From Vicugna vicugna (lineage: Eukaryota), in NCBI GenBank assembly GCA_013265495.1, contig MU058337.1:5810716-5874715 (forward strand): a DNA stretch of 64,000 nt. Direction: 5' to 3'. A program made the translations under genes and the position numbers. Shown here piece by piece: positions 25,700 through 36,985 of the stretch. The notes below the pieces were generated by a model. That model did not search any database. It was not told the DNA's origin and saw only the letters and a program-made list of their open reading frames with translations. Position 1 is the first letter of the stretch. Every line of letters starts with the position of its first letter.

Positions 25700-26420
25700 C
25701 AGTGCTCAGAGGCCCCGCCTGTCGTCAGAACATGACGCGCCCGTTTGTTTTCACGGACCCTCGAAGGTTGAGTCTGGGGCCCATTGCAAGCGTGGACCCC
25801 AGCTTCTCAATTTCAGAGGCGCCAAGTCACCCGAGCTGCTTGTTTGATGTCAGAAAGGTGTTTTGTCATAAGTGTTTCCCCGGGAGCCAGGGGGCGGCCG
25901 GGCAGGAAGCCCTGGTCGCTGCTGTAAAGAAACAGCCCGGGGAGGGAAGTATCAAAGCGGCGGCAGGCGCCCGGCCGGCCGGGAGAGGCTGACCCTGCGG
26001 CCCCGCGCTCGCGGGCCGAGCTCCAGTTCAAAGTTCGGGCATTGTGTTTTTTCACCTGTTTCCTCCAGTCCTAGAAACCTGTGAAGAATTAATGTGTTAC
26101 TTTACCAGCCGCTCGGGCGGCTCCCAGGGGGAAATCATGCCCCGGGAGGGGGAGGGATGCGAGGGGCAGCCGTGCGCTCGCCCGTGCGCTTCGCGCTCAC
26201 CGTGGGCCACGTAAGGACGACGGAGCCTGCGGCTTCGCCGAGACTGGTCCCCGGCCGTGCTGGGGGCTGGTCACAGGCTTGGTGGGAGTGGATCTGACAC
26301 AGGCTGTTGCCCTTTGGAAGCTAAGTATCCAGCAGCCGGGGAGGGGTGGGGCCGCCGCAGCTCGTGGTCCCGCCAGTGGGCGGGGCAGGGCCTGATGTGT
26401 GTCACTCCACCTGCCCGCGC
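25700..26420. promoter_or_regulatory. Intronic CpG-rich region (candidate enhancer or alternative promoter)
   Basis: Local CpG enrichment, GC box gggcgggg at about 26378-26385 and DR1-like AGTTCAAAGTTCG at 26025-26037. Confidence 0.5.
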
Positions 26421-26796
26421 TAAATATTGACAGTGTTAAACTGACCAGCCTCCACTTGACAGCCGGCAGTAAGCCTTGCTAATGGCCAAATGATTATCAC
26501 TTAGAGGAAAACAGAACAATCTGGGTGTCATCTGTCTAACATTTCCTTGTATCATTAAATTTTAATACAGAATGACTTGTGGAGACACCTGTTTTTAAAG
26601 GTGGTTTTCATGTTATAAGCTGGTATCCATTTAAATCCCTTTGCAGATGAGTTTAAGAAGAATTATATATTAGCCCTTTTCTGTTTGGTTCACCTGGCAT
26701 GTGTGTGTGTTTCTAAATACCGTCCCGGCGTATGCAGTAGTTCTAATTTGTAAACTAACATGTTAAACTCTAAAATTACATCCTGCTTTTACACTC

Positions 26797-26815
26797 TTGC
26801 CACCAGGTGGCTAAG
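26797..26815 (+). promoter_or_regulatory. CTCF-like motif
   Basis: TTGCCACCAGGTGGCTAAG matches the CCACCAGGTGGC core. Confidence 0.5.
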
Positions 26816-29064
26816 AAAAATATTAAGCAGGGAAAACCGAATAGTTACGTGAAGGACTCATAATTACTTTCAATTTCTGCCTCAGCGGTGAAATATGAAA
26901 CTAGAGACGGATAGGCTGCATTTCAGTAAAATGCTGAGTCAGTCACAGAGGCGTCTCAAGCAGTGCCAGGCCAGATGGACATTTCCATGAGTGTTTTTGT
27001 TTTCTTAATATTAAATATTGACAGTGTTAAACTGACCAAATTTTGCTTAAGTAAAACTTTCTGAGACTCTCTGTGAGCCTGTTCCACCTCTGTGCTGACC
27101 CCTGGGTGTCCACATTATTCCTGACCAGTTGGGTTTGGGACAAGGATCCGGCTTTTGGGCTTTCAGATTCCCAAAGGGAGAGTGACTGATTCCTGACCAC
27201 AGCGGGGCCTCCCAGTCAGTTCTTTATACATCAGCACAGTTGTCTGCAGAGACACTGCTTGAGTCCATTTGGAATCAGCTCTAAAATTCATCAAACTGAA
27301 TTTAATATCTTGTGTGTCTCTTTCATTTTCTTTATATTAATGGTGAGATACTATAGGGAAATCCATGCATGAGGGATGGTGGCACAGCAGGGTGGAAAGG
27401 CCTCTAGACTCACTTCACGGACAGACTCCGTCTAGTAGAGTTAGGACAGCACCGTGTGGCAGAAACCATACCCCCCACCCCCACGTTGCTGCGGCATCTT
27501 GAGCTGGCAGCCTGTGTCCCGTGAATACAGAACTCCACAAGTTTCCTTGCTGATGCTTCTTGTGGCCGCTCACCTTCCGGGCGCTCCACTTTGCCCTTCA
27601 GTTCTCTAACTTATTAACTTTGACAAGCAACCTCTTGGCTGTACATGATTTTATTCACAATTCATTTTTCTGATTCAAAGTGAACATGAGTGCCTTAATC
27701 CTCTAATGGGAATTAATTGCTTGTTTCAGTGCTTAACTCTGATCCTTTCTCAATCCCCCCAGGGATGAGGCTCTTCCTGAAGGAGCTCTGTTTGTTGTTC
27801 AAAACACAATCATAAAAGTAATGATGTTTTTCTTGCAGAATATTAATTTTCTTATTACATAAATAGTATTCTCAAACTAATATTATCAAGTATAGAATTC
27901 AATGGATAAAATGTAGAAAATTATAATTCATTCTAGCAGGCTACATTATTTCCTAGAAGTTTACATTTTTACTGCCAGGGGGGTTTCTTTTATGGAAATA
28001 AGCTGTCATCTTCTGCAGAAGAAAGTTACTAAACTGATTTTCTACAGAATTGGAACCAGCACCCTGTGGCCTAACTACGATCATTTCTATGTAACATCAC
28101 CTTCCCAGCTGTTTGTCTTGGCTCTGAAAAATCAAGGCCACAGCTAATGCTTAATATGGCTTGATTCCCTCTCCCACTTATTATACAGAATATTCTTTTC
28201 TGTTTTATTTTTAACGGGCTTCCTTGAGAAGAATATATGCTAGCAGATACATTAGACCTTAATTGATAAAGGAAGGAGCTGGGGTGGAGAACTTAGGAGG
28301 GAGGAGGGAATTAACTTCATCGGGTCCTGGGGCCTAGCACAGCAAGCAGTCAGTAGAGATTAGCTCTTAGGGAGACAGGATGAACCCACTTTTAAGTAGC
28401 AGGCATAGAACTCCGAGAGTTTAAGTAACATTCCCAAAGACCCACCATTGCTAAGTGGTGGAGGTCCACAGTGCCCTTCTTTACTTACACTTAGCATGCC
28501 TTGTGTTCGTAAACGGCCATCTGGCCCGATGATGATCCCTGCCAGGGCTGACCTGGCCATCAGTGTCCTAGAACAGGCCCGCGTGGGAGCATCTAGTTCA
28601 CATTAGAGTGGAGACAGAACCACTCCTGAAGAGCACTCTTCAGTTGCTCTGGAAAAGCCCAAATGGCTCACCTACAGCTGTTTCTAACTGTTATTTATTG
28701 CCTTTTATCCAAGACTCTGGCCGTAACCCAGTGCCATGGAAGGAACTATGTGGCAAGTAAAGAATGGGGTGGAAGACATAGTCATGTGTGAGACCCAGAG
28801 GGGGAGAACCCCCTCCTAGCCTGGCCTGGGGTGTGGTGCTTCAGGAGGGTTCCAGTGTGTTCCTGGCCTGAATGTATCACAGGCATATTTTGATTTATCC
28901 CTGGCTGTAGCCTGAGAGGATCTGGCCAATGTAGTCTTTTCACATGTTCTGTTGACTATGACACTCACAGCAGCCCTTGGAAATCAGCTGAACATGACAA
29001 ACAAGGAACAGGAGTACACAGTGATAAGGAAGTTGAAAAAGAAAAACAAGGTGAATCAATGAAG

Positions 29065-30392
29065 ACAGAACACTGCCTCACACCATAAACAAAATAAAGT
29101 CAAAATGGCTTATAGACTTAAACATATGACAAGACACCATAAACCTCCTAGAGGAGAATGTAGGCAGAACACTCTCTAATATAAATCGTAATAGGGCAGT
29201 CTACCCAGGCACTAGAAATAAAAGCAAAAATAAACAAATGGGACCTAATTAAACTTATAAGCTTTTGCACATCAAAGGAAACTATAAACAAAAGACAACC
29301 TATGAAATAGGAGAAAATATTTGCAAATGATGCAACTGACAAGGGCTTAATTTCCAGAATATACAAAGAGCTCATATAACTCAATAATAATAACAGCAAC
29401 AAAAAAACCCCCAAACAACCTAATCTAAAAATGGGCAGAAGACCTAATCAAGCATTTCTCCAATGAAGACACACAAATGGCCAATTGACATATAAAAAAT
29501 GCTCAATATCACTAATTATCAGAGAAATGCAAATCAAAACTACAATGAGGCATCACTTCATACCTGTCAGAATGGCCATCATTCAAAAATCCATGAATGA
29601 TAAATGCTGGAGAGGGTGTGGAGAAAAGGGAACCCTCCTACACTGCTGGTGGGAATGCAGTTTGGTGCAGCTGTTATGGAAAACAGTATGGAGATTCCTC
29701 AGAAAACTAAAAATATACTTACCATATGATCCAGCAATCCCACTTACGGGTATATATCCAGAGGGAACTCTAATGCAAAAAAAAAAAAAATACATGCACC
29801 CCAATGTTCATAGCAGCACTATATACAATAGCCAAGACATGGAACCAACCTAAATGTTCATCAACAGGTGGCTGGATAAAGAAGTTGTGGTATATTTATA
29901 CAATGGAATGAATAATACTTTGACTAAAAAAAGAATAAAATAATGCCATTTGCAGCAACATGGATGGACCTAGAGACCATCATTCTAAGTGAAGTAAGTC
30001 AGAAAGGGAAATAAAAATACTATATGATATCACTCATATGTGGAATCTTAAAAAAAAACCAAACTATGAGCTCATCTACAAAACAGAAACAGACTCGCAG
30101 ACATAGTAAACAATCTTATTGATACCAGGGAAAGGAGGTGGTAGAGGATACATTTGGGAGTTTGAGATTTACAAATGTTAGCCACTATATACGAAAATAG
30201 ATTTTTAAAAAAATTTCTTTTGTATAGCACAGGGAACTATGTTCTATATCTTGTAATAACCTTTAATGAAACAAATATGAAAACAAATTTATGTATGTAT
30301 ATGCATGACTAGGACACTGTGCTGTACACCAGAGATTGACACATTATAATTGACTGTACTTCAATTTAAAAAATAATAAAACAAAACAAAAA
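29065..30392 (+). mobile_element. Lineage-young 5'-truncated L1 (ORF2 C-terminus, 3' UTR, A-rich tail)
   Basis: ORF 29485-29853 reads [18 protein letters not shown]...[18 protein letters not shown]...PYDPAIPL (L1 ORF2 cysteine-rich end). The element ends ttgactgtacttcaatttaaaaaataataaaacaaaacaaaaa. Confidence 0.95.
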
Positions 30393-31330
30393 TTTAAATA
30401 AATGGAAAGACATCTCATGTTCATGGATTGGAAGACTTAATATTGTTAAGATGGCAGTGCTAACTAAAGCGACTACAGACTTTGTGCAATTCTTGTCAAA
30501 ATTCCCAATAATTTTTTTTTTGCAGAAATAGAAAAATCCATCCTGAAGTTCATATGAAATTTCAAGGGACCCCAAATAAGCAAAGCCATCTTGAGAAAGA
30601 AAAACAAAGCTGGAGTCTCATACTTCCTGATTTCAAAAATACTGCAAAGCAACAGTAATCAAAACAGTGTGAGACTAACATAAGACAGCTGTGTAGACCA
30701 ATGAAACACAAGAGAGGGTCCAGAAAGAAATCCTTGGATATACGGTCAAATGATTTTTGACAAAGGTAGAAAGACCAAAGGGGAAAAGATAGTCTTTTCA
30801 ACAAAAGGGCCACTGGATATCTATATGCAAAAGAATGAAATTGGACCCTTACTTTTTACCATATACAAAGATTAACTCAAAATAGATAAAAGTCCTAAGC
30901 ATTGGAGCAAAAACTATAAAACTCGTATTAGGAGAAGACATAAGGCCAAAGCTTCATGACACTGGGCTTGGCAAAGTTTTCTTGGATATGACACCAAAAT
31001 CATAGGCAATAAAAGCAAAAATTAGGTGACATCAAAATGTAAAACTTCTGTGCATCAAAATCAACAGAGTAAAAAGGCAACCTATGAAATGGGAGAAAGT
31101 ATGCAAATCATATGTCTAATAAGAGGTTAATATCCGGAAGATACAGAGAACTCCTGTAACTCAACAATGAAAAAGCAACCTGATTAAAAAACAGGCAAAG
31201 GACTTTAACAGACATTTCTCCAAAAAAGATATATAATGGCCAACATAAAAAGATGTTCAACATCACTAATCACTTCAGAAATGCAAATTAAAACTTCACA
31301 CTTTAGGATGGCCACTATCCAAAAAAGGAA
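30393..31330 (+). mobile_element. Older L1 ORF2 fragment (post-RT region)
   Basis: aataaatggaaagacatctcatgttcatggattggaagacttaatattgttaagatgg...gacatttctccaaaaaagatat. Confidence 0.9.
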
Positions 31331-31569
31331 AAGCAGAGACCCCCATCTACCCTCTGGCCAGCAGGGGGCAGGTGGCTTATGTCCACAGAGGCTTGGCAAG
31401 AAGCTTGGTATTGGGAAGAGCAGGCCTAGCTGAGCGTGGGGGTGAGGAGGCACCTGAAGATGGGGATGGAGGGCAAGTCCACATACCTATGGTTCTGTTA
31501 CCTGGAGGCCTCCATGCAAGGCCTGCCAACCCCAACCTCCACACAGTCTCCTGTATGGTGTCTCACTTT

Positions 31570-32650
31570 CCACCGTAAAAGGCCAGCCAAGGATTACTGA
31601 GACGTCTGAAGGAAACCTATTAAAGAAACATATACCAAAACAAATAGAAAAGAGAAATTTAGGAGAAACAGAAGCAATCCAGGGAAAGATGAAAACTTTA
31701 AAAAAAAAACAAAACACCCAAATTCATGATAATTTATATCTTCCCAAAGATGAGTGATGGTATTCTGTGAAAGAACAGGATGCTCACAAAACAAGGGAAC
31801 AAGATGATGGTCTTGGAAGTAAGTATGATGGTAAAAATATTTTTAAAAATAATAGAAGAATTGAAAGATAAAGCAGAATATAAAGAGAAAATTGGAAGAT
31901 TAATCCAGGATATGCAACATCTGAGTACTGGCGATCCAGAAAGAGTACAAGGAAGGACTAGGACGAATAGTCCTCACGATCCAAGATAATGAGTTTTTAG
32001 GTGGAAATTCCTGGCACAGTGAATGAAAAAAACCCGCATAAAGAGACCTCGTTACAGAACCTCAGAATCCAGGGGAGAGAAGACCCTAGGAGCCTCCAGA
32101 GGGAAGAGCCTCAGTCTTTTATGAAGGTTGTGAGTCTCAGTGGCCCTGGACTTCTCAGCATGAACCTGGGGCATCAGAAGTCAAAAAAGAAATGCTTTTA
32201 AAGTTCTGAAGGAAATTATTTCTAGAATTTTCTACCCAGCTACACTGTTCATTGAGACTGGGGAATAATAGCTTCAGTAAAACGAGGAAGTCAACCAAGG
32301 AGGGGCTGGGCCCCAGGAGACACTTGGGAAGCCTGGGGGACCGCAGACCCCGGCTGGGGCGATGGCTGCGGGGAAGACCAGGTGTTCGGGGCTGCAAGGA
32401 TTCTTACGGTGGTGCTCTCAGAAAACAAAGCCGAAGGACTGTCATGGAAACTTGAGCAATGAGCAAAACAGAAAAAAGGAGAAAAACGCTGAAGCAAATT
32501 TTAATTCCAGTAAAAACAAACGGTTGTCCAAGAAAGGAAATTAATCATAGTACACTATGTGCCCTATCTGAGAACAGTGTTTACATAGTTCTAATGCTGA
32601 ACTGAATATGGATTTGACCAAAACCAGGGATGTGAACCTACTGGAGGAAC
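31570..32650 (+). mobile_element. Very degenerate L1ME-like ORF1-region remnant
   Basis: A-rich, with aaatgcttttaaagttctgaaggaaattatttctagaattttctacccagctaca resembling the L1 ORF1 3' part. Confidence 0.45.
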
Positions 32651-33914
32651 GTGGGGCTCTGCAGTGGCATGGCCACAGCTCACGGTTACCATGGCCTCAC
32701 GGGGCACAGGACTGGCGCTGTCTCGGCAGGCCTCCGGGGCAGGTGCCGTCACCGCTTTGCTTACAGTCGAGGAAGCCGGGGCCCAGAGACTTTAAGTGCT
32801 TTGCCTAAAGTTACACAGTTAACAAGGGGCAGAGCTGAGATTTCAGCCCGGGCAGGTTGGTTTTAACGTCTGTGCTGTAACACTGCTCACCTGCTCTGGG
32901 GTGGGAAGGCAAGACGAATTAAACACTAGGAAGTAGCAGTGTAGGTTTTAGAGGCTTAAATGTGTCTCTTCAGGGGTGTGGGAAGAGTAGGATTTTATTT
33001 TTCTTGTAAAGTTATTTAACTTTTACCTTATGGATATGTGTTACTTTAAAAGCCGAGTCAAAGCAGAAAGGGCACCAGTGATCAGGAGAGCAGGCCTCCA
33101 GTTTTGGCTGGTTTCACCCAGCTGTGTGGCCTGAGTCCTCACCAGCCGGAGACTCAGCCCAGAAGGACTGGATGGTTCCCATTTCTCTTTCAACTCTTCA
33201 CATCCCGGCAGCAAACAAGACAAGCACTGTGATTGGTTTAGAGAACCCGCACCGTGAGAAGGGCAAACCAGGGTGGTGTGGCCGCTCAGGGAGGCCTCTG
33301 TGCAGGGGCAGGGGCTGAGCGGGCATTGGGGGTGGCTGGAGGGAGGTGAGGGTGAGAGGCTGCAGGCCCCAACAGGCCTGGAGGATTGGCCAGACCCTCC
33401 CCCCCCCCTGTTGCCGGGGTGCAGGGTGGGACAGGCTGGAAGCACAAGATGGCAGCCTGCCAAGGTTCTGGAGGATGGGAGGGCGAGAAATGGGGCATCC
33501 CGGTCCAACTTGGAGTTGTTATTGCTAGATCGATGGTTCTAGAAGATCACATTGGGGTGGGGCAAGGATTAGGGGCAGTGGGGTTCGGGGGTCCAGTCTC
33601 CTATCCAAACCCATTGCATCCTGCTGGCACCCATCTTTTATTGTTTAAAGTCCTTTCAAAACAATTGAAAACGAACTGCTCTTACAAAACAGCAGTTCTG
33701 CAGGACTTGATCCCAGGACAGGCCGTCTCATCTGACAAGTATGTTCTTCAAATGAGTCCCTCTTCTTGGAAAAATGTAAGTGATGGTTGGTGTTCCCGGT
33801 GATCCGGAATAGTCGTGCTGGGTGGTGCCCAGGAGGCCGCCCAGAGAGGTTGCCGCCGCCTCTGACCGCATCACAGCATTGCTCTGCTTCCTTCTCTGCA
33901 GCTTCGGCAGCCGC

Positions 33915-34346
33915 ATGGCCCACGTGTTCGTGTACGGGACCCTGAAGACAGGCCAGCCCAACCACAAGGTCCTGCTGGACGGCGCCCACGGCCGCGCTGC
34001 CCTCCGAGGCCGGGGCCGCACGGTGCAGCCGTACCCGCTGGTGATCGCGGGGGAGCACAACATCCCTCGGCTGCTGAACCTGCCGGGGCGGGGGAACCGC
34101 GTGGCCGGGGAAATCTACGCGGTGGACGAGCAGATGCTGCACTTCCTGGACGAGTTCGAAGGCTGCCCAGACATGTACCAGCGCACCCTGGTGACGATCG
34201 CTGTGGAGGGGGCCGGCGGGACCCTGCAGTGCTTCGTGTACAGCACGGCCACCTACCCGCCCGAGTGGGTCCACCTCCCCTACCACGACGATTACGACTC
34301 GCAGGGGGAGCACGGGCTTCGCTATAACCCGCGGGAAAACAGATGA
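33915..34346 (+). CDS. GGACT: Gamma-glutamylaminecyclotransferase (AIG2-like domain 1), 143 aa, single coding exon
   Basis: MAHVFVYGTLKTGQPNH...FLDEFE...YNPRENR carries the GGCT-like YGTL motif, the catalytic Glu82 and the typical C-terminus. The acceptor tctctgcag lies at 33893-33901, just before the ATG. Confidence 0.98.
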   Translation: MAHVFVYGTLKTGQPNHKVLLDGAHGRAALRGRGRTVQPYPLVIAGEHNIPRLLNLPGRGNRVAGEIYAVDEQMLHFLDEFEGCPDMYQRTLVTIAVEGAGGTLQCFVYSTATYPPEWVHLPYHDDYDSQGEHGLRYNPRENR

Positions 34347-34871
34347 GGGGGCGGTGGGAGGCAGCAGCAGGACAGAGAGCCCGATGGTTAGAGGGTGACC
34401 TCAGCCGTCAGCCCTCGCCGAATGCAAAAGCCTGATAACGCTCCTTGAAACAAAAAAATTGTAAAACTTAATCTGTTGGGGGAGAAAATCTTTTTCAGTG
34501 GCAGCTGATTTCCCAAATAATTTTCCCACGCTGATAACAAGATTGTTTCCTGAAATCTCTCTCACTGTCACTGCTTTATTGCTTGCTGCTTCAAGAGCAC
34601 CCTGGGCTTGAATGCACTGGATGAGGAAAACTTAGGATTTTAATTCCCCTAAATGACATTTCAAAAACTTGTATGTTATCATGGTTTTCTTATTGTGTGG
34701 TTTTGTTTTTTGTTTTTGTTTTTTTCCTTTGCTTTAATCTGAAGATAACATTTAAAACTGAACGTACAGACTTTATATTGCAGCTAGATTTTAGCAGCCC
34801 TGCTGTACTGATTCTGACCTGAGCACTGAGGGGAAAAACAATTTTAAAGCTGATTTTGGACATCTCAGTGT

Positions 34872-34877
34872 AATAAA
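34872..34877 (+). terminator. GGACT: Candidate proximal poly(A) signal for GGACT
   Basis: First AATAAA I found after the stop codon. ATTAAA at 34990-34995 is an alternative. Confidence 0.4.
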
Positions 34878-36056
34878 AGAACCTCAAGAAAAACATGCAG
34901 TATTTCAGAGTAGTTTTGAATATACATAACATCATGTTTCATAATTCTCAGATCAAGCTTACAGAGATTATCAAAGATAATCATTTAAAATTAAACTAGA
35001 TGTTTTGGGAATCAAACATAAAAGAACTGGTGCTATTGTTGGACATCTTTTTGAGTCTGCTTACTTGGTTGGAGGTTCTTTTCCTTTTAATCTAGCAAAA
35101 TAACGAGCACCCACTTGCTGGCAGAGCAGCCAAACGGCCTGATTTCAGACGGAAGCGCACGTGAGACCACAGCAAGGTACCACCCTCCCTCCCCCTCCCC
35201 CACCCCCCCAAGGGAGCGGTGTTTGGGGGTGGGCCTTTCAGAGAAAAACCAACACATTAGTAATTTGTTCTTCAGGCCTGACAGAAAGCTTAGCTTCCAA
35301 ATACAAACAGCACTTAAAATAATTTTAGCAAGGCACGAAGTACCAATTACTACCCACCTCCATCTGATCATCTGTCAGCGTGGATTCACATCAGCGCACG
35401 ACCCTGCCTCTGCTTACTTACCAGCAAACTATTAACCGTATTCTAAAAATTTCAGAACCAAATGAAAATGCAGCTGCTGATCCCGAGTAACCTCTCCGTC
35501 AGGCGAGCTCACTTCCTCTTCAGCTTAATAGTAGACTGTGAGTGCTAACTGCATCTGGCACAAAACATGATCGTTATTTTTAGCCCTTTTTTCTTAATTG
35601 GAAACTTGCTTCACAAAAACGCAGAAAAGGCGAGGATGGGTATCAGCTGATGCACTATGGCAGCCCCATCTACTGCACCCGGGGCGCTCCCCCCGGTGTC
35701 TGGGCCCTGGGATGGGGAAGTGGGGACACCCCAGGGTCCCGGGGAGCCAGCAGCTCCACACTCACCAGCAGAGCCACACAGGAGTGATTTCCAAAATCAT
35801 CTGTGCCGGGTGGGCTTCAGGAGGTTATGAAGCAGCAGTTAGGTCCTCAAGCAGGACGAAGCAGGTAATCAGATTATAAAGTGGCAAATGCTAACTTAAT
35901 GAAATGGAAGGCAAAGAACTGGGATTTATATAAGTTCTTTAAAAGGATCCCAATGAAATGGTAGCATTTAACGTCTACTGGCACAGCCCACAGCCTCTTA
36001 TGTACATTGTCTTCATTCAAAAAAAGGGCAAACTAATATTTAGACAAATGCTCAGT

Positions 36057-36062
36057 TTTATT
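36057..36062 (-). terminator. PCCA: Candidate poly(A) signal of PCCA
   Basis: AATAAA on the minus strand about 250 nt after the PCCA stop, with T-rich sequence downstream. Confidence 0.65.
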
Positions 36063-36314
36063 GATTTAATTTTGACACTAGGAAATCTCACAGCAGAAGT
36101 ACAAATCATATGTACAAGTATTTATATCAATAAAAATTTCCATTGGTGATTTTTTGGCAGAAGGTTGGTTTTGACTATATGTGGAATAAATATGACCATG
36201 TAAAATCTGCTGCACAGGGGTGTTCCTGCAAAACGCTTGAATAAATTGAGTGTGAAAGAATAATAATACAAATGGCTAATTAAATTGGGTGATGACTGAA
36301 AGGCTATAAATACT

Positions 36315-36383
36315 TCATTCCAGTTCCACGAGCAGATCGCCTTCTCCAACTGTGTCTCCAGCTTTACAATGCACCGATTTCAC
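36315..36383 (-). CDS. PCCA: Propionyl-CoA carboxylase alpha, last coding exon (VKSVHCKAGDTVGEGDLLVELE*)
   Basis: Acceptor ttctttaattcaag|GTG, translation matching the PCCA C-terminus, and TGA at 36315-36317. Confidence 0.97.
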   Translation of the reverse strand: MKSVHCKAGDTVGEGDLLVELE

Positions 36384-36762
36384 CTTGAATTAAAGAAAGA
36401 AAAAGGGGAGAGTAAGAATTATTAACTAGACCAGGAGGGAGCAATCTCGTCATCTGTTTCTGGAAATGAAGTGACACCCTGGCGGGCACTGGAGCACAGA
36501 CAGAGTGCTTGGCGTAGGGCGCCCATCAGAGGGGACCTCACGCACAGGGACATCCTTGTGGAGGGCTGTGACTCGCCACCTTCCCTCTCCTGAGCCTTGT
36601 CAATCCACTGGTCTCAGGGACTTTATGTAGTCATTCGCAGAGGGTACACTTGGGGGTCTGGGCAACACCCTAGAAACTGGTAGTGTTTACACTGGATGAG
36701 CGTCCATGCTCTGCTCTCCATGCTTATGGTTCTCGGTTATAGAAACGTCCTGAAGAGCCAAA

Positions 36763-36985
36763 GGGAGGGAGGGTGGGCGTAACGCAGGCGGTAGCGCGTG
36801 CGTCCTGCATGCACAGGGTCCTGGGTTCAACCCCTAGTACCGCCACTAAAAATAAATCACCTCCCCAGCCAAAAACTAAAAAATAAATTAAAATATGAAA
36901 TTATCAAAAAAATTGAAAAAAAATTTTGAAAGCTAGTGGTGTACTTAGCGTTAAAAAAACCCCCAAAACCCACACACAATGATAC
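36763..36985 (+). mobile_element. tRNA-Ala-derived (Vic-1-like) SINE, diverged, in the last PCCA intron
   Basis: gggtgggcgtaacgcaggcggtagcgcgtg...tgcatgcacagggtcctgggttcaacccctagtacc followed by an A-rich tail. Candidate TSD aagag(c/t)caaa at 36753-36762 and 36986-36995. Confidence 0.8.

Noticed and set aside
33822..33914. 31-aa N-terminal extension of GGACT in the ORF track
   Set aside because: It starts at GTG and crosses the polypyrimidine tract and acceptor at 33901, so most of it is intronic.
33645..34313. 222-aa ORF antisense to GGACT
   Set aside because: It is a typical antisense shadow of a GC3-rich CDS, with no independent support.
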